Assembly (NCBI GenBank): GCA_027365055.1
Contig: DAHXOD010000001.1
Span: 1,172 to 65,171, forward strand
Length of the DNA stretch: 64,000 bases
Source: a bacterium
GTDB taxonomy: Bacteria; Actinomycetota; Acidimicrobiia; Acidimicrobiales; RAAP-2
Reading direction: 5' to 3'
Numbering within the stretch: the first letter of the stretch is position 1; every line of letters begins with the position of its first letter. The position numbers and the translations under genes were made by a program. This document shows positions 43,603 to 52,946 of the stretch, piece by piece. The notes beneath the pieces are model-generated. The model did no database searches, was not told the DNA's origin, and worked only from the letters and a program-made list of their open reading frames with translations.

Positions 43603-44460
43603 GTGACCCGCCCTGAGCCGGCGCGACGCCTCCGGGTCCGGGCGCTCCGAATGCTCGTCCCTCCCGACCACGACCGAACGGAGTCGATTCCCCTGCGCAT
43701 CGATGTGTTCACCCTGTTCCCCGAAGCGATCGACGCCTACAGCACGGTCTCGATCGTCGGCCGGGCTCGCCAGCGTGGGGCGCTCGACCTGCGGACGCAT
43801 GACGTGCGCTCGGGTGCGGTCGACGCCCACCGATCGGTCGACGACGCACCGTTCGGTGGAGGGCCGGGCATGGTGCTCGCACCCGAACCTGTGTTTGCTG
43901 TGGTGGACCGCGAGGAGGCGGCTCCCGGCGGCGTCCCCCGTCCCCTGTACCTGCTGGCCCCATCCGGCCGTCGGTTCGAGCAGTCGACCGCGGTCGAGTT
44001 GGCTGCTTCTGATGGGTTTTCGCTCCTGTGCGGCCGGTACGAGGGGGTGGATCAGCGGGTAGCGGACCATCTGGTCGACGGTGAGCTGTCGGTCGGAGAT
44101 TTCGTGTTGGCGGGTGGAGAGCTGGCGGCCCTGGTGATCGTCGAGGCGGTGACCCGGCTGCTGCCCGGGGTGCTGGGCAACGGGGAGTCGGCAGACGACG
44201 AGAGCTTCGCCGACGGGCTGCTCGAATACCCCCAGTACACCCGACCGGCCAGGTTTCGGGGGTGGGAGGTGCCCGACGTGCTTCGCTCCGGTGACCACGG
44301 ACGCGTCCTTCGCTGGCGGAGGGCACAGGCGCTGGCCCGCACCCTGCAGCGCCGACCGGATCTGATCGAACGGCGAGGCGGATTGAGTCCCGACGAGGTC
44401 GTTCTGCTGGCCGAAGCGGGGGAGTCACGGCTGCTGCGCGATCACGGCTACGATTGCTGA
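43603..44460 (+). CDS. trmD: tRNA (guanine37-N1)-methyltransferase TrmD
   Basis: [35 protein letters not shown] and GDFVLAGGE. Start is GTG 43603 or ATG 43651. Confidence 0.92.
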   Translation: MTRPEPARRLRVRALRMLVPPDHDRTESIPLRIDVFTLFPEAIDAYSTVSIVGRARQRGALDLRTHDVRSGAVDAHRSVDDAPFGGGPGMVLAPEPVFAVVDREEAAPGGVPRPLYLLAPSGRRFEQSTAVELAASDGFSLLCGRYEGVDQRVADHLVDGELSVGDFVLAGGELAALVIVEAVTRLLPGVLGNGESADDESFADGLLEYPQYTRPARFRGWEVPDVLRSGDHGRVLRWRRAQALARTLQRRPDLIERRGGLSPDEVVLLAEAGESRLLRDHGYDC

Positions 44461-44647
44461 GTCCCGTCGTCGACTGGCGAGCCACGAACGTGGTGTGCGG
44501 GTACGAGGCAGGTGCGTGACGCGTACATGGGAGACCTGTGGGGTCACCCGATGGTTTGCAACCTACAGGACCCGGCTTGATGGGGTCCGACCGTTCGGCC
44601 CAAGCCGTTCGACACTTACCGGAACGACACGTGGAAAGACGACCCGT

Positions 44648-45001
44648 ATGAACCCGACCGACATCATCGACCGCGACAGCCTGAGAGACGATATCCCTGA
44701 ATTCCGGGCGGGGGACACCGTGAAAGTCCATGTCCGGGTGGTCGAAGGCAACCGTCAGCGGGTGCAGGTGTTCCAGGGCGCGGTGATCCGGCGTCAGGGG
44801 ACCGGGGTGCGGGAGACCTTCACGGTTCGCAAGGTCAGCTTCGGGGTCGGCGTGGAGCGGACGTTCCCGGTCCACTCTCCGGTGATCGCCAAGACGGAAG
44901 TGGTGTCGCTCGGAGACGTCCGCCGAGCCAAGCTCTACTACCTGCGCGACCGTCACGGGAAGGCCGCAAAGATCAAGGAGCTCCGGACTGCCCGGTCCTG
45001 A
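44648..45001 (+). CDS. rplS: 50S ribosomal protein L19
   Basis: [46 protein letters not shown]. Internal ATG 44648 is used as the start. Confidence 0.95.
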   Translation: MNPTDIIDRDSLRDDIPEFRAGDTVKVHVRVVEGNRQRVQVFQGAVIRRQGTGVRETFTVRKVSFGVGVERTFPVHSPVIAKTEVVSLGDVRRAKLYYLRDRHGKAAKIKELRTARS

Positions 45002-45058
45002 TCGGCCGGCTTGGGTCGAGGACGCGGTCGCCATGCCCGCGGCGGGAGCCGGGCTCTC

Positions 45059-45352
45059 GTGAGCGAAGAAGATCTCGAACGGTACGAGTCCGAGATCGAG
45101 CTGGCGCTGGTACACGAGTACCGGGCCGTGCTCCCGATGTTCTCCTACGTGGTGGAGACGGAGCGTCGCTTCTACCTGGCCAACAAGGTCGAGGTGTCCG
45201 TGCGCTCGGGCGAGAACCTCCCCTGTGTGGAGGTGTGCCTCGAGGATGCCTGGGTCTGGGACATGTACCGCCCGGCGCGTTTCGTACCGTCGGTCAGGGT
45301 GCTGACGTTCCGGGATGTGAACATCGAGCGGCTTCCTGAACCGGAGCTGTGA
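45059..45352 (+). CDS. DUF2469 domain protein
   Basis: SEEDLERYESEIELALVHEYRAVLPMFSYVVETERRFYLAN..DAWVWDMYRPARFV is the actinobacterial DUF2469 signature. GTG 45059 is used as the start. Confidence 0.85.
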   Translation: MSEEDLERYESEIELALVHEYRAVLPMFSYVVETERRFYLANKVEVSVRSGENLPCVEVCLEDAWVWDMYRPARFVPSVRVLTFRDVNIERLPEPEL

Positions 45353-45714
45353 GCGACCGGATGGACCCTCGCCGGGCACTGGGTGCCGCTGGTGAGTCGC
45401 TGGCGGCGGCGTGGTACGAGGAACACGGTTTCGAAGTCCTGGAGCGTAACTGGCGGCGTCGGGAGGGAGAGATCGACCTCATCGTGCGCCGCGGTCGCCT
45501 GGTGGTCTTCTGCGAGGTCAAGACCCGCCGGGGGAGTCGGTACGGAACGGGGGCGGAAGCGGTGGTGGTGCCCAAGCAGCGCCGGATCCGCCGGCTGGCC
45601 ACTCGTTGGCTCTCCGAGCTCACACCGGCGGTGGGTCGGGACCGGGTGGAGGTCCGTTTCGACGTGGCCGAGGTGACGGGCCACTCCGTCTCGGTGATCG
45701 AGGATGCGTTCTGA
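45349..45714 (+). CDS. YraN family (UPF0102) endonuclease-like protein
   Basis: GE.LAA.W....G..VL.RNWR...GEIDLI......VVFCEVKTR pattern. The start overlaps the upstream stop. Confidence 0.88.
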   Translation: MSDRMDPRRALGAAGESLAAAWYEEHGFEVLERNWRRREGEIDLIVRRGRLVVFCEVKTRRGSRYGTGAEAVVVPKQRRIRRLATRWLSELTPAVGRDRVEVRFDVAEVTGHSVSVIEDAF

Positions 45715-45794
45715 GCGTCCCGGGCGGCCGCGGGCGGTCCAGGCTCAGGCGGTCCAGGCTTCCGGTCGGTCCAGCCATCTCGTAGGCTCCCACG

Positions 45795-46589
45795 ATGGCT
45801 TCCGACTACGAGACCTTGATCGTTGACCGAACCGGTGGCGTGGTAACGGTGACGATGAACCGGCCGACCCGAAAGAACGCAGCGAACGGCACGATGTGGA
45901 CCGAGCTCCGTGCCGTGTTCGACGATGCCGCCGCCGACCGTGAACAGCGAGTTCTGGTGCTGACCGGTGCCGGTGACGCATTCTGCTCGGGCGCCGACCT
46001 CGGAGATGGGAACAACGTCGCCGGTCGTTCCGGTGATCCGTACCTGGTGCAGATGCGGGCGCTGGCGGATGTCGCTCTTCGCCTCCATCGGATGCCCAAG
46101 CCGACGATCGCCAAGGTGGGCGGCGTCGCTGCTGGCGCTGGGATGAGCCTGGCACTCGGGTGCGACTTGGTCGTCGCCTCCGATACCGCTCGTTTCTCCC
46201 AGATCTTTTCGCGACGCGGACTCTCCGTGGACTTCGGATCGTCGTGGCTGCTCCCGCGCTTCGTCGGCCTCCACCGCGCCAAGGAGCTCGCCTTCTTCGC
46301 CGACATCATCACTGCCGACCAGGCCGCCGAATTCGGCTTGGTGAACCGCGTGGTCCCGGCCGACGAACTCGACGAGTTCGTCGACGAATGGGCACGCAGG
46401 TTGGCCGCCGGCCCCCCGCTGGCGCTGTCGATGACCAAGTCGATGCTGAACAACGCGATGGCGGTCTCCATGGACCAGGCACTCGAAGACGAGGCACGGG
46501 CCCAGGCCGCCAATTTCGGCTCGGCGGACACCATGGAGGCGCTGGCGGCATTTCTCCAGAAGCGCGAACCTCGCTTCGAAGGACGGTGA
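45795..46589 (+). CDS. Enoyl-CoA hydratase/isomerase family protein
   Basis: VTMNRPTRKNA..., LTGAGDAFCSGADL, and GG.AAGAGMSLAL.CD. Confidence 0.88.
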   Translation: MASDYETLIVDRTGGVVTVTMNRPTRKNAANGTMWTELRAVFDDAAADREQRVLVLTGAGDAFCSGADLGDGNNVAGRSGDPYLVQMRALADVALRLHRMPKPTIAKVGGVAAGAGMSLALGCDLVVASDTARFSQIFSRRGLSVDFGSSWLLPRFVGLHRAKELAFFADIITADQAAEFGLVNRVVPADELDEFVDEWARRLAAGPPLALSMTKSMLNNAMAVSMDQALEDEARAQAANFGSADTMEALAAFLQKREPRFEGR

Positions 46590-46744
46590 CGCCTCGATCC
46601 TTGCGGTGACGAGGGGTCGGGGCGCCGGTGTCACAGCGGACGGGTACGGTGACCGGACAGCTCGAGTGGTCGGTCCTGGTGGGTGCGGCGACTCCGTCAT
46701 CGGTTCCCGGTCCCTGACACGCGCCCCGCTGGTCGGGTGGCCGG

Positions 46745-48316
46745 ATGGCAACGATCGGAGGCGTCATGATCGCCACCATCCCCTCGGCCGTCCTGATCGG
46801 CGTGGACGGGAAGCAGGTCTCCGTCGAGGTTCACGTCTCCAATGGCCTTCCCGGGTTCACCGTGGTCGGGCTCCCGGACGCAGCGGTCCGCGAGTCGAGG
46901 GATCGCGTCCGGGCCGCACTGCTGTCGAGTGGTCTGCCGTGGCCACTCCGCCGGGTCACGGTGAACCTGGCTCCCTCGGGGGTGCGCAAGGGAGGAGCCG
47001 GTCTCGACCTGCCCATCGCGATGGGACTCTTGGTCGCCGCCGGGGAGCTGGCCCCCGAGACGATCGAGGGCATGGCGTTTGTCGGAGAGCTCGGCCTCGA
47101 CGGCTCGCTCCGGGGCGTTCCGGGGACGCTTGTATTGGCGGATGCCCTCCGACCCCGCCTGCTGGTGGTCCCCGACGCCAGTGCGGATGAGGCGGCATTG
47201 TCGCACCGCGATGCGATCCGGAGTGCCCCCGACCTTGCCGGCCTGGTCGAGTGTGTCCTCGGGCGTCGCCAGTGGAACGCCCCCGCTGCGTCGAGTCCCC
47301 GGCGCGGGCGTGGTCCGAGCCGGAACGGGGACCAGCTCGCATCGAGGTCGGGGGACCTGGCGGATGTCCGGGGCCAACGATTCGCCCGGCGGGCTCTCGA
47401 GGTCGCCGCCGCGGGTGGGCATCACCTCCTGATGGTGGGGCCGCCGGGTTCGGGGAAGACGATGCTGGCCAACCGGCTGCCCGACCTCCTCCCACCGCTC
47501 GACCGTTCGACGGCGTTGGAGGTGTGCCGGATCCATTCGGTGGCCGGGCTGGCGCTCCCTCCGTGCGGCCTGATCACCCGACCTCCGTTCCGTGCGCCGC
47601 ATCATGGCGCTTCTCCCGTCTCGATGATCGGTGGAGGCAGCGCGTGGATGCGTCCGGGTGAGATCAGCCTGGCCCACGGCGGCGTGCTCTTTCTCGACGA
47701 GATGGGGGAGTTCCCGGCGAGCGTGCTCGAGGCGCTCCGCCAACCGCTCGAGGAGGGTCAGGTGCGGGTGAGCCGGGCCCGGGGCTCGGCCTCGTTCCCG
47801 GCCCGCTTCATCCTGGTGGGAGCGATGAACCCTTGTCCCTGTGGAGAGGGAGGGAGCCCTGGCCGTTGCCGCTGTTCCGATGCGGCCCGTCACCGGTACG
47901 CCCGCCGGCTGTCCGCCCCGTTGCTCGACCGGTTCGACATTGCCATCCGGCTCGAACGCCCCCAGGTCGACGAGCTCATCGGCGGATCCGGGGGCGAGTC
48001 GACTGCCCGGGTGGCCGGTCGGGTGGCGGCAGCCCGTTCGATTGCCCGGCACCGGGCGGTGCGAGCGAACGCGGATCTGGCGGGGCACTCTCTGTCCCGA
48101 TCGGTACCGATGGCTGACGACGCCCTCGCCCTGATCGAGACCGAGCTGCGGGCGGGTTCGCTCAGTGCCCGTGGGATGCACCGGGTGCACCGGATCGCGC
48201 GCACGGTGGCGGATCTCGACGGAGGGGGAGCGGTGGTCGAGGTGCGCCATGTCCGCGAGGCGCTGCTCCTCCGTTGTCGACGTGAACTGCTCCTCGGCGG
48301 GGAGGAGGAGGCATGA
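46745..48316 (+). CDS. comM: YifB/ComM family Mg-chelatase-like AAA+ ATPase
   Basis: VEVHVSNGLPGFTVVGLPD.AVRESR.RV, Walker A GPPGSGKTMLA, LFLDEMGEF, and a Cys cluster NPCPCG. ATG 46766 is an alternative start. Confidence 0.92.
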   Translation: MATIGGVMIATIPSAVLIGVDGKQVSVEVHVSNGLPGFTVVGLPDAAVRESRDRVRAALLSSGLPWPLRRVTVNLAPSGVRKGGAGLDLPIAMGLLVAAGELAPETIEGMAFVGELGLDGSLRGVPGTLVLADALRPRLLVVPDASADEAALSHRDAIRSAPDLAGLVECVLGRRQWNAPAASSPRRGRGPSRNGDQLASRSGDLADVRGQRFARRALEVAAAGGHHLLMVGPPGSGKTMLANRLPDLLPPLDRSTALEVCRIHSVAGLALPPCGLITRPPFRAPHHGASPVSMIGGGSAWMRPGEISLAHGGVLFLDEMGEFPASVLEALRQPLEEGQVRVSRARGSASFPARFILVGAMNPCPCGEGGSPGRCRCSDAARHRYARRLSAPLLDRFDIAIRLERPQVDELIGGSGGESTARVAGRVAAARSIARHRAVRANADLAGHSLSRSVPMADDALALIETELRAGSLSARGMHRVHRIARTVADLDGGGAVVEVRHVREALLLRCRRELLLGGEEEA

Positions 48317-49512
48317 TGGCTGAGGTGTCCGACGTATCCTTCGCGGCAGCCATCACGGGACTGGCGGGGATGACGCCGGTGCGGCTGGCGGCGGTGATGG
48401 CCGGGCGGACGCCCGCTGAAGCGTGGCGGCTGCTGGACGCGGGATGCCACCCTCAGGATCCTGGTGGCCGGTTCGTTCGTGCCGTCCGGAGGACTGATCC
48501 GGCCGGCGAAGGCGAGCGCTACCTGCAGGCGGGGATCCAGGTGCTGCTGCCGACGTCCCCCTCCTATCCGACCTCGCTCGTCCACGATCCGGGTGCACCG
48601 GCGGTGCTGTTCGCCCGCGGCGCCACGGACTGTTTCGCCGACCGACGGAGGGTCGCCATCGTCGGTACCCGGAGCGCGACCCCGTACGGGCGTGCCGTGG
48701 CCTCCGAGCTCGGGGGCGAGCTTGCGTCCGCAGGGGTGACGGTGGTGTCCGGGTTGGCTCGGGGGATCGATGGGGCGGCCCACGCCGGAGCGGTCCGTCA
48801 CCCCTCGGCGCCGCTTGCGCCGCCAGTGGCGGGGGTCGGAACCGGTCTCGACGTGGTGTACCCGACCTCCAACCGGGCGCTCTGGGAGACGATCGCAACC
48901 ACCGGCGTGCTCTTCTCGGAGTCGCCGCTCGGCACTCCGCCACTTCCTCGGGTGTTCCCGGCCCGGAACCGGATCATCGCCGCACTGGCCGACGTGGTGG
49001 TCGTTGTTGAGAGTCACCACCAGGGAGGTTCACTGGCGACCGCCGAGGCCGCGGCCCGCCGGGGAATCCCGGTCTGCGCGGTTCCGGGTTCGGTGCGCAG
49101 CCGTGCCTCGGAAGGAACCAACGGGCTGCTGGTCGACGGGTGCATCCCGGTCCGGGACGCCGCCGATGTGCTGGTGGCGATCTCCCTGGCCCGCTCCCGG
49201 AAGGATGCCCCGTGGCCGTCGCAACAGACCGGGACGCTGGTCGCCGCCCGGGGACGCGACCGGACCCGAGGCGACACGTCCTCGACAGCCACCGGAGCGG
49301 ACGGTCGGCGTCGGGCCAAGGGCCCCGAGCGGGTTCCCGATGCGTCCACCGCCGAGCGGGTGGTCTGGGATGCGATCGACGACGTGCCCACCACGATCGA
49401 AACCATCCTGCTGCGGAGCGACCTTTCGATCGCCGTGGCGGCCGAGGCGTGCGAACATTTGGTGAGCGAGGGGTTCGTCCGCGCCGGGGCCGGCTGGTGG
49501 GCAAAGGTCTGA
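48313..49512 (+). CDS. dprA: DNA-processing protein DprA
   Basis: VAIVGTRSATPYG...A..L...L...GVTVVSGLARGID.AAH and ARNRIIAAL. ATGA overlap with comM. Confidence 0.92.
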   Translation: MMAEVSDVSFAAAITGLAGMTPVRLAAVMAGRTPAEAWRLLDAGCHPQDPGGRFVRAVRRTDPAGEGERYLQAGIQVLLPTSPSYPTSLVHDPGAPAVLFARGATDCFADRRRVAIVGTRSATPYGRAVASELGGELASAGVTVVSGLARGIDGAAHAGAVRHPSAPLAPPVAGVGTGLDVVYPTSNRALWETIATTGVLFSESPLGTPPLPRVFPARNRIIAALADVVVVVESHHQGGSLATAEAAARRGIPVCAVPGSVRSRASEGTNGLLVDGCIPVRDAADVLVAISLARSRKDAPWPSQQTGTLVAARGRDRTRGDTSSTATGADGRRRAKGPERVPDASTAERVVWDAIDDVPTTIETILLRSDLSIAVAAEACEHLVSEGFVRAGAGWWAKV

Positions 49513-49542
49513 ACGACCATCCTGACCCGACATCGAGGACCG

Positions 49543-49590
49543 TTCGACGGTGCGACTTCGACGGTGCGACTACGACGGTGCGACTACGGT
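49543..49590. repeat. 14-bp tandem repeat x3.4 (ttcgacggtgcgac / ttcgacggtgcgac / tacgacggtgcgac / tacggt)
   Basis: Read directly from the sequence. It fills most of the 71-bp convergent gap after dprA and runs into the stop codon of the minus-strand gene. Confidence 0.95.
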
Positions 49591-50150
49591 ACTGCCGGGA
49601 AGCCGCCCTGCTGCCAGCCGATGGAGGCAGAGGACACCGGGGTGGGCTGGGGCGACGCCGCGAGTGCCGGAGCGGTACACGAGCTCAGGCCGGTCTGGGC
49701 TCCGTACCAGGTTGCGCCCGAAGCACCCTTCCAGACAAGCCAACAGGTGTCAGTCGCTGCTCGCACCGCGAAGGTGATCGATCCCCCGCCCGAGACCGCT
49801 CCACTGGCGATGGCAATGCTGACGGTCGACGAGTTGGTCGAAGGTCCCGAGACGTAGGTGAGCGAGGGGACGGCGCCTTCCAGTGCACTCGGCGTGAGGG
49901 AGGCAAGGCCTCCGCCGACTGCGGCCGCATCGGCCGCGGTCAGGGAGTCCGAGAGTGCCTGTTGTGCGGTGACGTTGTCGGCGCCGGAGACGCCGGGCGA
50001 ACCGGTGAGACCCGGTGAGGTCGAGTGGCCGTTCCCCAGGGTGGCCCCGATGGCGAGCGCCACCAGCGCGGCGGTGACCAACAGGCTGATCACCGTGACC
50101 AGCATCGACAGTCCATCCTCGTGACGTCGGTGCATTCGACCTCCCCGCAT
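49584..50150 (-). CDS. Membrane-anchored hypothetical protein with pilin-like shape
   Basis: 188-aa ORF. A short basic leader (..RRHEDG) is followed by a ~24-residue hydrophobic helix and a Ser/Thr/Gly/Ala-rich domain. Two Cys residues lie near the C-terminus (..TDTCWLVW..LSSCTAP..). Confidence 0.55.
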   Translation of the reverse strand: MRGGRMHRRHEDGLSMLVTVISLLVTAALVALAIGATLGNGHSTSPGLTGSPGVSGADNVTAQQALSDSLTAADAAAVGGGLASLTPSALEGAVPSLTYVSGPSTNSSTVSIAIASGAVSGGGSITFAVRAATDTCWLVWKGASGATWYGAQTGLSSCTAPALAASPQPTPVSSASIGWQQGGFPAVP

Positions 50151-50286
50151 CTTCCGGCGGCGACGGGTACCTGCTGCAAGCGACCGGTCTGGTTGCCCGG
50201 AACATCGAGACGGCGATTCCCCGTCGCGTCACCGGACAGTATCGCAGTCGGACCGGTCGAGACGGCGCCCGGACTAGCGTCGGGAG

Positions 50287-51201
50287 ATGGCCGCACTCCC
50301 CACCGGGCCGTCGGTCCCCTTGGTCGGGCTCCGGTTGCCGGGGCCCGACAGTTCCCTTGGCGGCGTCGCGGCGTTCGAGGCGATGGCGGCCATCGCCACG
50401 GCTGCGGAACGGTGCGGCTTCGACGCACTCTGGATCGACGATCACTCCGTCACTGGCCCTGAAGTGGTCCCCGATCCCGTTGCGTCCCTGGCGGAGGGGA
50501 AGGGTACGGTTGATTCCCACCGGACGTCGCTGGTCACCTCTGAGCCCTACTCGCTGCTCGGTGCCCTGGCCGTCCGGACGTCGTCGGCACGACTGGGCGT
50601 CTACTCGACCGCGTTGAGCCTGCGGGCGTTCTCCTTGGTGGCCAAGGCGGTGGCGGCCGTGGACGTGATCTCCCACGGACGTGCAGTCGCTGCCCTTGGT
50701 TCGGAGACGCGCCATGGCGAAGCATCCGAACGCTTGGCCGAAGGTCTCGCACTGTGCCGGTTGCTGCTCTCCCCGAGCGGCGGGGCAGTGACCTATGAGG
50801 GTGTGCACGCCAGGGTGAAGGGAGCGCCCAACCTGCCCCGGCCGGTCCAGGACGGCGGTGTTCCGCTGATGGTGACCGCCCGAGGAGCCGGTGCCCTGGC
50901 CGTGGCGGCCGCCTCTGCCGACGCTGTCGTCGTCGAAGGCGGCCCACCGGAGGTCGCCGCGGCGGTGGCGGCGGTCCGCCAGGCGTCGAGGGCGGCCGAG
51001 CGTCCCACGGGTGTGCCGGCCGTGCTCTGGGCCGGGTCTCCGATCGACCGGGCTGCTTCGGCCCAGGTCACGACGACACAACTGCTGAGCGCACTGGTGG
51101 CGTCCGGGGCGAATGGCTGGATCGTGACGGTGCCGGAGCCGGACGAGACGTACCTCATCCAGGTCGCGCAGGACCTGCAGGCTGCGCTCGCCGCCCCCTG
51201 A
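50287..51201 (+). CDS. LLM-class flavin/F420-dependent oxidoreductase
   Basis: ..AAERCGFDALWIDDH.. and an overall TIM-barrel LLM pattern. This one is more divergent than the other LLMs here. Confidence 0.7.
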   Translation: MAALPTGPSVPLVGLRLPGPDSSLGGVAAFEAMAAIATAAERCGFDALWIDDHSVTGPEVVPDPVASLAEGKGTVDSHRTSLVTSEPYSLLGALAVRTSSARLGVYSTALSLRAFSLVAKAVAAVDVISHGRAVAALGSETRHGEASERLAEGLALCRLLLSPSGGAVTYEGVHARVKGAPNLPRPVQDGGVPLMVTARGAGALAVAAASADAVVVEGGPPEVAAAVAAVRQASRAAERPTGVPAVLWAGSPIDRAASAQVTTTQLLSALVASGANGWIVTVPEPDETYLIQVAQDLQAALAAP

Positions 51202-51347
51202 TCGTTGGCACACCGGGCCGTGCCGACGGACCCCATGGTGCACACGCCGGGGAGGGCGTGACCTGGAGCCGTCGCTGGCGCGGGCTACCGTGTCACGTGG
51301 TCACGGGTCGAGAAGTGGTCAATTCTGACCGCTACGTGCGCCTGCGC

Positions 51348-52460
51348 ATGGAGCAGCGACGCCGCAGAACACTTCGACGTCGGCGCCGGACGGTTACGGT
51401 CACCGTGGCCCTCGTGGCACTGGTGGTGTTCGTCCCCAGGGTCTTGGGTGGAACCCCTGCAGGACCGTCGAACGGCAATCAGGCGAACGGCCGAGGGCTG
51501 AACGGCACCCGGACGTCGTCGGACCCGACCACGGCACCCACCACCACCACGCTCCCGCCCGCATCCGCCCGGGTCACGGCCATCGGATCGCTGTCTCGGG
51601 TCTACACCGAGCCAGGTAAGGAGCTTCTTCCGCCCCACAGTCCGGACGGGGCCGTGGCCGGGCCACGACAAGTGAGCGCCGAAGTGCTCTACCCGGCGAC
51701 CGGCACGCCGGGAGGCGCCCCGGTTCCCGGTGCCCCGGTGGCGTCCGGCGGCCCCTACCCCTTGGTGGTGTTCGGCCCAGGGTTCGATGCGGCCACTGCG
51801 AGCTACTCGCCGATCCTCGACACCTGGGCATCCCACGGGTTCGTCGTGGCCGCGATCACGTTTCCGCTCACCAACCCGGCGGCTCCCGGTGGACCGTACC
51901 GTCCGGACATCCTCAACCAGCCGACTGATATGGCCACGGTGGTCCAACAGCTCGTCGCTGAGTCCGCTGATCAGGCGAGTCCTCTCCACAATGCCATCGA
52001 CGGTTCCGAGATCGGTTTGACCGGGCAGTCCGACGGGGGAGACACGGCGCTCGCACTCGCGTACAACACCTGCTGTCGCTTCATCCAGGCCCAGGCCACG
52101 GTGGTCTTTTCGGGTGCTGAGCTGCACGCCTACGGTGGGTTTCCGGGGGCGTTCTTCCCGGCAGGGGTGACCCTCCCGCCATTGCTGGCATTCCAGGGAA
52201 CCTCCGACACCACCCTGAATCCGCCGGCGTTCACCAACCAGTACTTCGCGGCTGCCCCGCAGCCCAAGTACCTGGTGTGCTTGGACGGCGCCGACCACAT
52301 CGAGGCGTACACCACCACCGACGCCTACGAAGCGGTGGTGGCCGAAGCCAGCACCGACTACCTCGATCACTATCTCTGGCACCAGCCGGGTTCGCTGGCG
52401 GCCATGGCCCACGCGGTCGCTGCGTCATCCGTGGCCACGCTGTCGTCGAGCTGCAGCTGA
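51348..52460 (+). CDS. Secreted or anchored alpha/beta hydrolase (chlorophyllase/PAF-acetylhydrolase-like)
   Basis: Internal ATG 51348 gives an Arg-rich leader and a TM/signal helix. It has YPLVVFGPGF and the nucleophile elbow GLTGQSDGG. Confidence 0.72.
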   Translation: MEQRRRRTLRRRRRTVTVTVALVALVVFVPRVLGGTPAGPSNGNQANGRGLNGTRTSSDPTTAPTTTTLPPASARVTAIGSLSRVYTEPGKELLPPHSPDGAVAGPRQVSAEVLYPATGTPGGAPVPGAPVASGGPYPLVVFGPGFDAATASYSPILDTWASHGFVVAAITFPLTNPAAPGGPYRPDILNQPTDMATVVQQLVAESADQASPLHNAIDGSEIGLTGQSDGGDTALALAYNTCCRFIQAQATVVFSGAELHAYGGFPGAFFPAGVTLPPLLAFQGTSDTTLNPPAFTNQYFAAAPQPKYLVCLDGADHIEAYTTTDAYEAVVAEASTDYLDHYLWHQPGSLAAMAHAVAASSVATLSSSCS

Positions 52461-52511
52461 GGCAGGTTTCCCGGCGCTCCCTGGCGGCACCGCGGCTGTG
52501 CCCTGCGCCGG

Positions 52512-52946
52512 TCAGGAACCGGCGGAACTCGCCTGATCAGCGGGCTGCATCACCACTCGTTCGGTGTGGACCAGGTACTTCAACCGCACCTCGCCAGCTT
52601 GGCGCATCGGGTACTCGTCCACGCCCAGGTACTTCTTCGCCAGCTGGTCGACATGGGTGTCCGCTCCCTCACGGGTCGCGTCGACCGTGCCCCGCACCAC
52701 AAGCACGTTGAAGGCGTCGTCGGGGTCAACGACCGCCACCGCGACGTGGGGGTCGCGATCGAGGTTGGCCTGCTTGGCCCGGCCCTTGGCGGTGTTGAAG
52801 ACCAGTTGGTCCCCGTCGCGATCGATCCAGACCGGTGTGAGTTGGGGTCGGCCTTGGTGGTCGACGGTGGCCACCGTGGCGATGATCGGGCGGTCGACCA
52901 GGTCCCGTGCCGCTTGGGTCAGTGCTGTGCTCATCATGTCCTCCAT
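52512..52946 (-). CDS. PPOX-class F420-dependent (pyridoxamine 5'-phosphate oxidase family) protein
   Basis: ..IATVATVDHQGRPQLTPVWIDRDGDQLVFNT..G..K..NL.RDPHVAV.V.D. The real start is probably ATG 52934 (GGAGGA SD 4 nt upstream). Confidence 0.82.
   Translation of the reverse strand: MEDMMSTALTQAARDLVDRPIIATVATVDHQGRPQLTPVWIDRDGDQLVFNTAKGRAKQANLDRDPHVAVAVVDPDDAFNVLVVRGTVDATREGADTHVDQLAKKYLGVDEYPMRQAGEVRLKYLVHTERVVMQPADQASSAGS

Noticed and set aside
44461-44647. rplS upstream region as the known 'L19 leader' RNA.
   Set aside because: As I remember it, that motif is described for Firmicutes, and I cannot reproduce its consensus here by eye. It is kept only as a low-interest note.
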